From Mobula hypostoma (taxonomy: Eukaryota), in NCBI RefSeq assembly GCF_963921235.1, contig NC_086097.1, forward strand, positions 20,152,001 to 20,216,000: 64,000 bases of DNA, read 5' to 3'. Numbering within the stretch: position 1 is the stretch's first letter; every line of letters begins with the position of its first letter. Both the position numbers and the translations under genes were made by a program. Under the pieces are notes generated by a model. It had not been told where the DNA came from and ran no database searches. It was given only the letters and a program-made list of their open reading frames with translations. Positions 13,353 to 25,200 of the stretch are shown here, piece by piece.

Positions 13353-14288
13353 ATGACTGTGAGGGCAGTTTGCTGTTCTCGGTGTCGGATGTGGGAGGCC
13401 CAGGAGTCTCCAAGCCTCCCGGACGTCTACATCTGCGCCAAGTGCATCGAGATGCAGCTCCTAAGGGACCGCGTTACGGAACTGGAGCTGCAGCTCGATG
13501 ACCTTCGTCTGGTCAGGGAGAGCGAGGAGGTGATAGAGAGGAGTGGAAGGCAGGTGGTCACGCCGGGGCCACGGGAGGCAGACAAGTGGGTCACGGTTAG
13601 GAGGAGGAAGGGGAAAAGGCAGGTGATGGGGAGTACCCTGGTGGCTGTGCCCCTTAACAACAGGTACTCCTGTTTGAGTACTGTTGGAGGGGACAGCTTA
13701 CCCGGGGGAAGCAACAGTGGCCCTGCCTCCGGCACAGAGTCTGGCCCTGTAGCTCAGAAGGGTAGGGCAAGGAAGAGGAGGGCAGTTGTGATAGGGGACT
13801 CGATAGTAAGGGGGTCAGATAGGCGATTCTGTGGACGCAGTCCAGAGACTCGGATGGTAGTTTGCCTCCCTGGTGCCAGGGTCCGGGATATTTCTGATCG
13901 TGTCCAAGATATCCTGAAGTGGGAGGGTGAAGAGCCAGAGGTCCTGGTACATATAGGTACCAATGACATAGGTAGGAAAAGGGATGAGGTCCTGAAAGAA
14001 GAATATAGGGAGCTAGGAAGGGAGTTGAGAAAAAGGACCGCAAAGGTAGTAATCTCGGGATTACTGCCTGTGCCACGCGACAGTGAGAGTAGGAATGCGA
14101 TGAGGTGGAGGATAAATGCGTGGCTGAGGGATTGGAGCAGGGGGCAGGGATTCAAGTTTTTGGATCATTGGGACCTCTATTGGTGCAGGCGTGACCTGTA
14201 CAAAAAGGACGGGTTACACTTAAATCCTAGGGGGACCAATATCCTGGCAGGGAGATTAGCGGGGGCTACTGAGGTGACTTTAAACTAG
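13353..14288 (+). CDS. CR1 ORF1 (zinc finger, coiled coil, SGNH esterase-like domain)
   Basis: First ATG at 13353. CxxC...CxxC, heptad region, GDS motif (VIGDSIV), GTND, DGLHLN. Confidence 0.93.
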   Translation: MTVRAVCCSRCRMWEAQESPSLPDVYICAKCIEMQLLRDRVTELELQLDDLRLVRESEEVIERSGRQVVTPGPREADKWVTVRRRKGKRQVMGSTLVAVPLNNRYSCLSTVGGDSLPGGSNSGPASGTESGPVAQKGRARKRRAVVIGDSIVRGSDRRFCGRSPETRMVVCLPGARVRDISDRVQDILKWEGEEPEVLVHIGTNDIGRKRDEVLKEEYRELGRELRKRTAKVVISGLLPVPRDSESRNAMRWRINAWLRDWSRGQGFKFLDHWDLYWCRRDLYKKDGLHLNPRGTNILAGRLAGATEVTLN

Positions 14289-17200
14289 AATGGTTGGGGG
14301 GTGGGAATCAAATTAAAGAGGCTAGGTGTGAGGAGGTTAGTTCACAACAGAGGGATGGGAACCAGTGCAGAGAGACAGAGGGGTGTAAAGTGAGCGTAGA
14401 AGCAAAAAGTACGAAGGGGAAAAGTAAAAGTGGCAGGCCGACAAATCCAGGGCAAGCATTAAAAAGGGCTAAGAGAGTTGTAAAAGAGCGCCTGAAGGCT
14501 TTATGTGTCAATGCAAGGAGCATTCGTAATAAGGTGGATGAATTGAAAGTGCAGATTGTTATTAATGATTATGATATAGTTGGGATCACAGAGACATGGC
14601 TCCAGGGTGACCAGGGATGGGAGCTCAACGTTCAGGAATATTCAATATTCAGGAGGGATAGACATGAAGGAAGGGGAGGTGGGGTGGCGTTGCTGGTTAA
14701 AAAAGAGATTAACGCAATAGAAAGGAAGGACATAAGCCGGGAAGATGTGGAATCGATATGGGTAGAGCTGCGTAACACTAAGGGGCAGAAGACGCTGGTG
14801 GGAGTTGTGTACAGGCCACCTAACAGTAGTAGTGAGGTCGGAGATGGTATTAAACAGGAAATTAGAAATGTGTGCAATAAAGGAACAGCAGTTATAATGG
14901 GTGACTTCAATCTACATGTAGATTGGGTGAACCAAATTGGTAAAGGTGCTGAGGAAGAGGATTTCTTGGAATGTATGCGGGATGGTTTTTTGAACCAACA
15001 TGTCGAGGAACCGACTAGAGAGCAGGCTATTCTGGACTGGGTTTTGAGCAATGAGGAAGGGTTAATTAGCGATCTTGTCATGAGAGGCCCCTTGGGTAAG
15101 AGTGACCATAATATGGTGGAATTCTTCATTAACATGGAGAGTGACATAGTTAATTCAGAAACAAAGGTTCTGAACTTAAAGAGGGGTAACTTTGAAGGTA
15201 TGAGTCGTGAATTAGCTAAGATAGACTGGCAAATGACACTTAAAGAATTGACGGTGGATATGCAATGGCAGGCATTTAAAGGTTGCATGGATGAACTACA
15301 ACAATTGTTCATCCCAGTTTGGCAAAAGAATAAATCAAGGAAGGTAGTGCACCCGTGGCTGACAAGAGAAATTAGGGATAGTATCAATTCCAAAGAAGTA
15401 GCATACAAATTAGCCAGAGAAAGTGGCTCACCTGAGGACTGGGAGAAATTCAGAGTTCAGCAGAGGAGGACAAAGGGCTTAATTAGGAAGGGAAAAAAAG
15501 ATTATGAGAGAAAACTGGCAGAGAACATAAAAACGGACTGTAAAAGCTTTTATAGATATGTAAAAAGGAAAAGACTGATAAAGACAAATGTAGGTCCCCT
15601 GCAGACAGAAACAGGTGAATTGATTATGGGGAGCAAGAACATGGCAGACCAATTGAATAATTATTTTGGTTCTGTCTTCACTAAGGAGGACATAAATAAT
15701 CTTCCAGAAATAGTAAGGGACAGAGGGTCCAGTGAGATGGAGGAACTGAGTGAAATACATGTTAGTAGGGAAGTGGTGTTAGGTAAATTGAAGGGATTGA
15801 AGGCAGATAAATCCCCAGGGCCAGATGGTCTGCATCCCAGAGTGCTTAAGGAAGTAGCCCAAGAAATAGTGGATGCATTAGTGATAATTTTTCAAAACTC
15901 GTTAGATTCTGGACTAGTTCCTGAGGATTGGAGGGTGGCTAATGTAACCCCACTTTTTAAAAAAGGAGGGAGAGAGAAACCGGGGAATTATAGGCCCGTT
16001 AGCCTAACGTCGGTGGTGGGGAAACTGCTGGAGTCAGTTATCAAGGATGTGATAACAGCACATTTGGAAAGCGGTGAAATGATCGGACAAAGTCAGCATG
16101 GATTTGTGAAAGGAAAATCATGTCTGACGAATCTCATAGAATTTTTTGAGGATGTAACTAGTAGAGTGGATAGGGGAGAACCAGTGGATGTGGTATATTT
16201 GGATTTTCAAAAGGCTTTTGACAAGGTCCCACACAGGAGATTAGTGTGCAAACTTAAAGCACACGGTATTGGGGGTAAGGTATTGGTGTGGGTGGAGAAT
16301 TGGTTAGCAGACAGGAAGCAAAGAGTGGGAATAAACGGGACCTTTTCAGAATGGCAGGCGGTGACTAGTGGGGTACCGCAAGGCTCAGTGCTGGGACCCC
16401 AGTTGTTTACAATATATATTAATGACTTGGATGAGGGAATTAAATGCAGCATCTCCAAGTTTGCGGATGACACAAAGCTGGGTGGCAGTGTTAGCAGTGA
16501 GGAGGATGCTAAGAGGATGCAGGGTGACTTGGATAGGTTGGGTGAGTGGGCAAACTCATGGCAGATGCAATTTAATGTGGATAAATGTGAAGTTATCCAC
16601 TTTGGTGGCAAAAATAGGAAAACAGATTATTATCTGAATGGTGGCCGATTAGGAAAAGGGGAGGTGCAACGAGACCTGGGTGTCATTATACACCAGTCAT
16701 TGAAAGTGGGCATGCAGGTACAGCAGGCGGTGAAAAAGGCGAACGGTATGCTGGCATTTATAGCGAGAGGATTCGAGTACAGGAGCAGGGAGGTACTACT
16801 GCAGTTGTACAAGGCCTTGGTGAGACCACACCTGGAGTATTGTGTGCAGTTTTGGTCCCCTAATCTGAGGAAAGACATCTTTGCCATAGAGGGAGTACAA
16901 AGAAGGTTCACCAGATTGATTCCTGGGATGGCAGGTCTTTCATATGAAGAAAGACTGGATGAACTGGGCTTGTACTCGTTGGAATTTAGAAGATTGAGGG
17001 GGGATCTGATTGAAACGTATAAGATCCTAAAGGGATTGGACAGGCTAGATGCGGGAAGATTGTTCCCGATGTTGGGGAGGTCCAGAACGAGGGGTCACAG
17101 TTTGAGGATAGAGGGGAAGCCTTTTAGGACCGAGATTAGGAAAAACTTCTTCACACAGAGAGTGGTGAATCTGTGGAATTCTCTGCCACAGCAAACTGTT

Positions 17201-17293
17201 GAGGCCAGTTCATTAGCTATGTTTAAAAGGAAGTTAGATATGGCCCTTGTGGCTACAGGGGTCAGGGGGTATGGAGGGAAGGCTGGGTTCTGA
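14273..17293 (+). CDS. CR1 ORF2 (APE endonuclease plus reverse transcriptase); no AUG upstream of the EN domain
   Basis: Open from 14273 to TGA 17293. Motifs ITETWL, YRPP, MGDFN, SDH, KSPGPDG, YRPVSLTS, QGSVLGP, FADD. The track start at 14294 is TTG; the first in-frame ATG is at 14897. Confidence 0.93.
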   Translation, partial: GDFKLEWLGGGNQIKEARCEEVSSQQRDGNQCRETEGCKVSVEAKSTKGKSKSGRPTNPGQALKRAKRVVKERLKALCVNARSIRNKVDELKVQIVINDYDIVGITETWLQGDQGWELNVQEYSIFRRDRHEGRGGGVALLVKKEINAIERKDISREDVESIWVELRNTKGQKTLVGVVYRPPNSSSEVGDGIKQEIRNVCNKGTAVIMGDFNLHVDWVNQIGKGAEEEDFLECMRDGFLNQHVEEPTREQAILDWVLSNEEGLISDLVMRGPLGKSDHNMVEFFINMESDIVNSETKVLNLKRGNFEGMSRELAKIDWQMTLKELTVDMQWQAFKGCMDELQQLFIPVWQKNKSRKVVHPWLTREIRDSINSKEVAYKLARESGSPEDWEKFRVQQRRTKGLIRKGKKDYERKLAENIKTDCKSFYRYVKRKRLIKTNVGPLQTETGELIMGSKNMADQLNNYFGSVFTKEDINNLPEIVRDRGSSEMEELSEIHVSREVVLGKLKGLKADKSPGPDGLHPRVLKEVAQEIVDALVIIFQNSLDSGLVPEDWRVANVTPLFKKGGREKPGNYRPVSLTSVVGKLLESVIKDVITAHLESGEMIGQSQHGFVKGKSCLTNLIEFFEDVTSRVDRGEPVDVVYLDFQKAFDKVPHRRLVCKLKAHGIGGKVLVWVENWLADRKQRVGINGTFSEWQAVTSGVPQGSVLGPQLFTIYINDLDEGIKCSISKFADDTKLGGSVSSEEDAKRMQGDLDRLGEWANSWQMQFNVDKCEVIHFGGKNRKTDYYLNGGRLGKGEVQRDLGVIIHQSLKVGMQVQQAVKKANGMLAFIARGFEYRSREVLLQLYKALVRPHLEYCVQFWSPNLRKDIFAIEGVQRRFTRLIPGMAGLSYEERLDELGLYSLEFRRLRGDLIETYKILKGLDRLDAGRLFPMLGRSRTRGHSLRIEGKPFRTEIRKNFFTQRVVNLWNSLPQQTVEASSLAMFKRKLDMALVATGVRGYGGKAGF

Positions 17294-18436
17294 GTTGGAT
17301 GATCAGCCATGATCATAATAAATGGCGGTGCAGGCTCGAAGGGCCGAATGGCCTACTCCTGCACCTATTTTCTATGTTTCTATGTTTCTATGAAATGGAG
17401 TGATGTAAGCCATGTGCAGGCAAATAGGCTTAGTTTGGATTAGTACCATGTTCGGCACAGACTCCCTGGGTCAAAGGACGTGTTCCTGTGCTGTTCTGTT
17501 CTATAGGGAACATTTGTGGAATTATTACCACAGATGATAAATAGTTATTAATATGGAATTTGCTTCTGTATGGAGTTGCTTTCAGATGAATAATTGATGT
17601 ATAATTTCATGACAATATAAAGGTAGTTGGGGAAATAAATTGCAAGAATAATATGAAGAGATAGATAGGTTAAGTAAGTGGGCAAAAAGTTGGCAAGTGG
17701 GAAATAGTGTAGGGAATGTAGGGGCATCATTTTGGTAGGAAGAATCAAAATCCAGAATACTGCTTAAATGGAGACAAAGGTTTTAAAGAAACACTGTGAA
17801 GGGATCTTATTGTCTTCGTGTATAAAACGAAGTCAGTACAGAGATTAATTAGAAAAGCAAACAGCTGCTGTTCTGTACCGCAGAAGGGGCTTTAGAAAGT
17901 AATATAAAAGTTGGGAAGTTGCTGCTGGCATAGCAGGGTTGGTGTAACCATGGTAAGCATAGCAGTTGGTATGATGCTGTTATAGCTCAGAGCGTTCCGG
18001 AGGTCAGTTCCGATGCCACCTGAAAGAAGTTTGTACATCCTTCCCGTGACAGCATGGGTTTCCTCCAAGTGCTCCAGTTTCTTCCTGATTAATGTAAACT
18101 GTCCTGTGATGAGGCAGGGGTTAAATAGGTGGGTTGCTAGGCACTATGGCTCGTCAGGCCAGAAAGGTCTCTTTCATGCTGTTTCTCTAAAATAGGACTT
18201 ATTTCATAATTTACTGGCATAATTTACATATTACTATTTAACTATTTATGGTTCTATTACTATTTATGGTGCAACTGTAACAAAAACCAATTTACCCCCG
18301 GGATCAATAAAGTATGACAATGACTATGACTAGAGAAGCCCTGATCTTATTGAATGGTTAGTAGACTCAAGAGATCCAATAGTATTCACCTTTTGTATGG
18401 AAACTTAAACTAGTTTGACGATTGCTCTGGAAAATG

Positions 18437-18705
18437 CCACAGTAGCATAGCAGTTAGCATGACACAATTAAAGCTCAGGGTGTTCCACAATTCAGAGTTC
18501 AATTCCAGCACTGTCTGTAGGGAGTTTGTATGTTATCCCATGAACACATGGATTTCTTCCCACGCTCCAAAGACATACTGGTTAGTGGGTTGGTTGGTCA
18601 TTGTAAATTGTCCTGTGATTGGGCTGGGTTTGTATCGGTGGGTTTCTGGGGGGCACAGTTTGTTGGCTGGAAGGGGCTGCTCTACGCTGTGCCGAAATAA
18701 AAATA
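18437..18705 (+). mobile_element. V-SINE/HE1-like SINE
   Basis: GAGTTCAATTCC B box and the same V-like domain. Confidence 0.65.
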
Positions 18706-18965
18706 TCAGAAGCAGTAACATTTAAATTTGCCAGGAAGTGTAAAACATAGAACATAGTCATTTATGTTTTGGGAATAAAAGCTAAATATAACTTTTTACC
18801 TTTGCGCCTTGGGTACAGTACACTTCTAAGTTTCAAATGTGTGTTTGAGAGGTACATGGGTATGTTAGAGGACAGGAAGATGACTACGGGTGATGTGTTA
18901 CACAACTGATGGTTTGTCACCTCTGAAGATTTACCTGTAATCCTTATGATCTCTTTATATTGCAG

Positions 18966-19081
18966 TATGTGAAGACATAAATGAGGTGACAACAGGCAGT
19001 CCCTTCCTCTGCATGGATCTAACATATATCACTGCCTTACTCAAGGAAGGGTTTGGATTTTATGATGACACAAAACTCCAT
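18966..19081 (+). CDS. ENTPD5: ENTPD5 exon [39 protein letters not shown]
   Basis: [20 protein letters not shown] motif. CAG acceptor, GTAAGC donor. Confidence 0.96.
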
Positions 19082-19897
19082 GTAAGCACAGCATGTGTTG
19101 TGATTTTACTGTGTTGTAGCCAAAGTGCAAGAATGTTACAGTGTGAGGATTCTTCTATTGTTGAGCATACCTACCCTATATGCAAAGGATATCTATGTAA
19201 ATTTTATATATAAACGCCAGCTCAGACAGGAGTACATAATTAGGACACATTTAGGACAGGACTTATCAATTTTAATTGCAAGTCTTCAATTAAGTTCACA
19301 CTTTTTCAAAATGCATAAGACCACAAGATATAGGACCAGAATTATGCTATCGAGTCTGCTCCACTATTTCATCATGACTGATCGATTTCTCCCTCATTCC
19401 CAATTGCCTTTGCCTTAAATATACCCAATGACTTGGCCTGCACAGACACCTGTGGCATATTGCAGGGGATTTGCTTGCCTTGCTCTGCTGATTGACAACT
19501 TTGTCTTTTAAATGTTTACTTTTGAATATAGTAAAATGCAAGGTGAAAAATATCCAAAAATTCAGCTAAGGTTGCAAAGCATTTGAAAATAGGTTTACCT
19601 TGAATACCTCTGAACCCCAAAAAAAAAACCCACATGTATTCTTTAGCTAAACAGAAGTCCTGTTGTGAGTTTTAACGTAGAATTTAATTTGCCATGTACT
19701 TGAGTAACAAACACAAAATGCTGGAGGAACGCAGCAGGTCAGGCATCATATATGGAAATGAATAAAGCCTATTATCTAACTGGCTTTATAAAGAAAGAAT
19801 CAATGCTGGTATCTCTTTACTTTTGATTATGGCCAAACTGACCTTGTTCTTGACAAGTTTATTTTGTGATGAAATTCTCCTCCTTTGTTATTTTCAG

Positions 19898-19984
19898 CTG
19901 GCCAAGAAAGTCAATGATATTGAAACCAGCTGGGCACTGGGAGCAGCATTTCATTTCATCCAGTCATTGAGGACAGCACCCTGA
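19898..19984 (+). CDS. ENTPD5: ENTPD5 terminal coding exon [28 protein letters not shown]
   Basis: Polypyrimidine tract plus CAG acceptor, apyrase conserved region 5 (ETSWALGA), TGA at 19982-84. Confidence 0.96.
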   Translation: MAKKVNDIETSWALGAAFHFIQSLRTAP

Positions 19985-21660
19985 ATTCAAAAATAGATCA
20001 CGAAGCCAATGATGCACATCGACTTTGTTTGAAAATGATTCGTATTTGCCAAACAAGCAAAGTAATTTTGATTCCTTTCACTGAAACCGACCCAAAGATG
20101 TTTCCCGATGGTCCTCGTGGCTGTCATTTCTCCCACTGGTACGAGGAAGAGGTTATTTTTCAGCATTTTTACAAAATGATTGGGAGGGAAAAAATCAAAC
20201 CATGGAAGTTTATGAACTTAGAAACAATGGGTGACACACCTTCTTGGATCTAAAGTACTGAATTGTGTGATAATTATGCAGAAATTCACCCTCTTATTGT
20301 AATTCAGGAACAAGCTTGATATGTTCAAGGCTGCAGTAAAACTTTTAACACCCTTAGCAATATTCACTTGAAATGATGAAAGTACAGAAATGGCAAGTTA
20401 TACAAGACTTAATCAAATCTTTAAAAATCTTAAATGGAAGCCCAGTCTTTAAGATGTTTTTATCATTTAGTGGAGATTTAATAGAATAATAGACAAAGGA
20501 GAAAGCCCTTAACTCCGAGTGGAGTCATCAGGACACTGTCATGACTCTACTCAGAGTTTTTTTTTTAAAGCAGGCTTTCTTATTTTTACGAGGCTGAGTT
20601 GCTGGCTCGATGCTCAACCCAGCGCAGATGGAAAGTGTGCAAGGGAGCCAGCTGGATTCGAACTCTGGAGCCTTCGCTCCGAAGTCCGGCACTGATGCCA
20701 CTGCGCCACCAGCCGGCCACTGTTGAGGCAATAAGGCTGTCAAATCTTCCTATTGAACAACTTCTGGCTCTTGCAACAGCTGAAAGCGGTGAAGAGGGAG
20801 AAGATTAATTTTACCTGTGAAGAATGAGAAGATACTTTTATGACAGTCTTAGATGCCTAATAACAAAGTTAGTTTAGGGTGAGGTTAGCCCCAGATGTTC
20901 TAAACACTCTTCCTCTGATATTATCACTTTAGTTGTAACTTCAAGTGACCCACCTTTCAGCCCCTGTATCAATTTAAATGCATCTTTCTGAATTTTAAAT
21001 AGAGGATTGAAATAAAATATCTACTGGTACTGAGGATGCAAAATCCAGCTTTAATTAGATGAAGCCTATGAATTGACTTGTACGATAAACCACATCACTT
21101 CTGGGGTCTTAAGGTGCTGATTAATCAATAGTAGTGACACTGGAAAGACTAATCTTTTAAGGTTGCTTCAAATGAGATATTCTATCCACCTAATCTATAT
21201 TTAAATAATTAGAGTGGATATATTTAAAGTCTTAAAATCAGTTTTACAGATCTAGTTTACACTACAGGGAGCTTAACTTCTTAATACTGACTTGTCCTCA
21301 CTCAACAAGTTAACTCTGAAGTTTAAAACTAACCTGTTTGCAACTCAGTTTTCAACCAAATAAAGGTCTGGATTCTGGAAAGCAGGAGCGTATTTTTAGC
21401 TGAGAAACACAAGTGGCTGCTGTCTGCAAAATTTCTTGCAACTGCACGTGATCTCTATTCCAGAATCCATTCTAGCTCCTGCAAAACAATACTTATTTTT
21501 GAAATGCAAATTGCACTTAACTTTGGCTGTAATTAATACTTTATACAAAGAGTCACTTGTGATTATTGAAAAATTTTGAGGACATCATGTCATGTAAATT
21601 TAATGTTTGATATTTTGTACCAACTATTTTTTTTAAATTAAACAATATTGAATATATGCA
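19985..21660 (+). other. ENTPD5: Probable ENTPD5 3' UTR
   Basis: AT-rich, repeat-poor sequence after the stop. AATAAA near 21011 and 21359, ATTAAA near 21637. True end unknown. Confidence 0.5.
20490..20718 (-). mobile_element. tRNA-derived SINE in the ENTPD5 3' region
   Basis: Minus strand begins GGCCGGCTGGTGGCGCAGTGG (A box) and contains GAGTTCGAATCC (B box). Non-tRNA body follows. Confidence 0.8.
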
Positions 21661-22299
21661 CCGCTTACTGTCATAGTAGCAGAATATACAGAACAACACT
21701 AAGTTGGCCCAGTAGGGTACAGCAGCAATGACCTGGGCTCAACTCCAACCACTGTCTAAAGAAGTTTGCACGTTCTTCCCCCATGAATGTATAGGTTTCC
21801 TCCCACATTCCAATGACGTACAGGTTAGTACTAGGGTTAATTGATCACAAGAATGTAACTGGGCTACAAGGGTTTGTAGTGCCAGAAAAACCTGTTGCCC
21901 ATAAAATAAAGAACCTGCATTCCTCTCCATCAGCTTTTAGCAACCATTCAAGCTCTTCAAAACCTAAACAAATCTTAACATGCACAGCCTTCTTTATTAG
22001 GCAAAACGCATTAAATGTAGCCGCAGCATATGATGTAGATTGGCAATAGTACTCAAGTTTCACTCAGACTAAGATGGCCCCACAGTGGCATTGTTTTTCC
22101 AACCTTGTTGCAATAAGGGCATAGTTTAATAAAAGTAGCCAAGTTGTTTCTTAGAAAGCACATAATTCACTAGCAAGGGCATGAAGGAAGGGTTTTTGTT
22201 GTAATGTGCTGCAAATCAAACCTGACACAACCTCTCAGGATGTACCCCTTGAGCCTTATACGTCTACAACACCACTGTCTATAGCCAGGGAACCTTTTC

Positions 22300-25200
22300 A
22301 GAAACATAGAAAACCTCCAGCACAATACAGGCCCTTCAGCCCACAAAGTTGTGCCAAACATTTCCCTACCTTCAATTACTAGCCCTCTATTTTTCTAAGC
22401 TTCATGTACCTATCCAAAAGTCTCGTAAAAGACCCTATCATTTCCACCTCCACCACCGTTGCCGGCAGCCCATTCCACGCACTCACCACTCTCTGCGTTT
22501 AAAAAAAAAACTTACCCCTCACATCTCCTCTGTACCTACTCCCCAGCACCTTAAACCTGTGTCCTCTTGTGGCAACCATTTCAGCCCTGGGAAAAAGCCT
22601 CTGACTATCCACACGATCATCTTATACACCTCTATCAGGTCACCTATCATCCTCCTTCGCTCCAAGGAGAAAAGGTACTACATCTACTGCTCTTCCTTCA
22701 TCAATGTGTTTAGACACATTCTCAAGCTGTTTTCATAAGGCATGCTCTCCAATCCAGGCAACATCCTTGTAAATCTTATCTGCACCCTTTCTATGGCTTC
22801 CACATCCTTCCTGTAGTGAGGCGACCAGAACTGAGCACAGTACTCCTAGTGGGGTCTGACCAGGGTCCTATATAGCTGCAACATTACTTCTCAGCTCCTA
22901 AATTCAATTCCACGACTAATGAAGGCCAATACACCATATGCCGCCTTAACCCACAGAGTCAACCTGCGCAGCTGCTTTGAGTGTCCTATGGACTCGGACC
23001 CCAAGATCCCTCTGATCCTCCACAATGCCAAGAGTCTTATCATTAATACTATATTCTGCCATCATATTTGACCTACCAAAATGAACCACTTCACACTTAT
23101 CTGCCACTTCTCAGACCAGTTTTGCATCCTATCAATGTCCCGCTGTAACCTCTGACAGCCCTCCACACTATCCACAACACCTCCAACCTTTGTGTCATCA
23201 GCAAACTTACTAACCCATCCCTCATTCAAGTAATTTATAAAAATCACGAAGAATAAGGGTCCCAGAACAGATCCTTGAGGCACACCACTGGTCACCGACC
23301 TCCATGCAGAATATGACCCATCTACAACTACACTTTGCCTTTTGTGGGCAAGCCAGTTCTGGATCCACAAAGCAATGTCCCGTTGGATCCCATGCCTCCT
23401 TACTTTCTCAATAAGCCTTGCATGGGGTACCTTATCAAATGCCTTGCTGAAATCCATATATGCTACTTCTACTGCTCTTCCTTCATCAATGTGTTTAGTC
23501 ACATCCTCAAAAAATTCAATCAGGCTCGTAAGGCATGACCTGCCCTTGACAAAGCCATGCTGACTACTCCTAATCATATTATACCCCTCCAAATGTTCAT
23601 AAATCCTGCCTCTCAGGATCTTCTCCATCAACTAACCAACCACTGAAGTAAGATTCACTGGTCAATAATTTCCTGGGCTATCTCTACTCCCTTTCTTGAA
23701 TAAAGGAACAACATCCACAATCTTCCAATCCTCCAGAACCTCTCCTGTCCCCATTGATGATTCAAAGATCATCGCCAGAGGCTCAGCAATCTCCTCCCTC
23801 ACCTCCCACGGTAGCCTGGGATACATCTCATCCAGTCCGAGCAACTTACCCAACTTGATGCTTTCCAAAAGCTACAGCACATCCTCTTTAATATCTACGT
23901 GCTCAAGCTTTTCAGTCCACTGCAAGTCAGCACTACAATCACCAAGATCCTTTTCCATAGTGAATACTGAAGTATTCATTAACTACCTCTGCTATTTCGT
24001 TCGGTTCCATACACACTTTCCCACTGTCATACTTGATAGGTCCTATTCTCTTACATCTTATCCTCTTGCTCTTCACATACTTGTAGAATGCCTTGGAGTT
24101 TTTCTTAATCCTGCCCGCCAAGGCCTTCTCATGGCACCTCCTGGCTCTCCTAATTTCCTTTTTAAGCTCCTTCCTGTTAGCCTTATAATCTTCTAGATCT
24201 CTAACCTTTCCTAGCTCTCTGAAACTTTTGTAAGCTTTTCTTCTTGACTAGATTTATTACAGCCTTTGTACACCACAGTTCCTGTACCCTACCATAACTT
24301 CCCTGTCTCATTGGAACATACCTGTGCAGAACTCCACACAAATATCCCGTGAACATAAGCCACATTTCTTCCGTACTTTTCCCTGAGAACATCGGTTTCC
24401 AATTTAAGCTTCCAGTTACCTGCCTGATAACCTTATAATTCCCTTTACTCTAATTAAACGCTTTTCTAACTTGTCTGTTCCTATCTCTCTCCAATGCTAT
24501 TGTAAGGGAGATAGAATTATGATCACTATCTCCAAAATGCTCTCCCACTGAGAGATCTGACACCTGACCGGGTTCATTTCCCAATACCAAATCAAGTACA
24601 GTCTCTCCTCTTGTAGGCTTATCTACATATTGTATCAAGAAACCTTCCTGAACACACCTAACAAACTCCACCCCATCTAAATCCCTTACTCTAGGGAGAT
24701 GCCATTCGATATCTGGGAAATTAAAATCTCCCATCACGACAACTCTGTTATTATTACACCTTTCCAGGATCTGTTTCCCTATCTGCACCTCGAGATCCCT
24801 GTTAGTATTGGGTGGCCTATAAAAAAACACCCAGTAAAGTTATTGACCCCTTCCTGTTCCTAACCTCCACCCACAGAGACTCCGTAGACAATCCCTCCAT
24901 GACATCCACCTTTTCTGCAGCCGTGACACTGTCTCTGATCAACAGTGCCACATCCTCACCTCTTTTGCCTCCCTCCCTGTCCTTTCTGAAACATCTAAAA
25001 CCCAGCACTTGAAGTAACCATTCGTGTCCCTGAACCATCCAAATGTCTGTAATGGCCACCACATCATAGCTCCAAGTACTGATCCACACTCTATACTCAT
25101 CCGCTGTGTTCATGATGCTTCTTGTGTTAAAATAGACGCATCTCAAACCATCCGTCTGAGCACGTCCCTTCTCTATCACCTGCCTATCTTCCCTCTCACA

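Larger units (their letters stand above)
13089..17392 (+). mobile_element. Full-length intact CR1 LINE in an ENTPD5 intron
   Basis: CpG-rich 5' UTR, ORF1, ORF2, 3' UTR and (TTTCTATG)n tail. 5' boundary approximate; no clear TSD. Confidence 0.95.

Noticed and set aside
14290..14316. ATG just after the ORF1 stop as the ORF2 initiator
   Set aside because: It is in the third frame and stops after 8 codons, and it is absent in the second CR1 family, which has the same spacing. It would matter only if the G6 run is a sequencing error.
14632..17316. Long antisense ORFs over CR1 ORF2 (e.g. 258 aa at 14632-15408, and equivalents at 32794-35478)
   Set aside because: Shadow ORFs from the codon pattern of the sense strand. 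No recognisable motifs, and lengths differ between the two copies.
20505..20535. Hammerhead motif on the minus strand (CTGATGA plus hairpin)
   Set aside because: The required GAAA box after stem II is missing (it reads TTAA).
20640..20718. tRNA gene
   Set aside because: It has A/B boxes but no convincing cloverleaf or terminator, and it continues into a SINE body.
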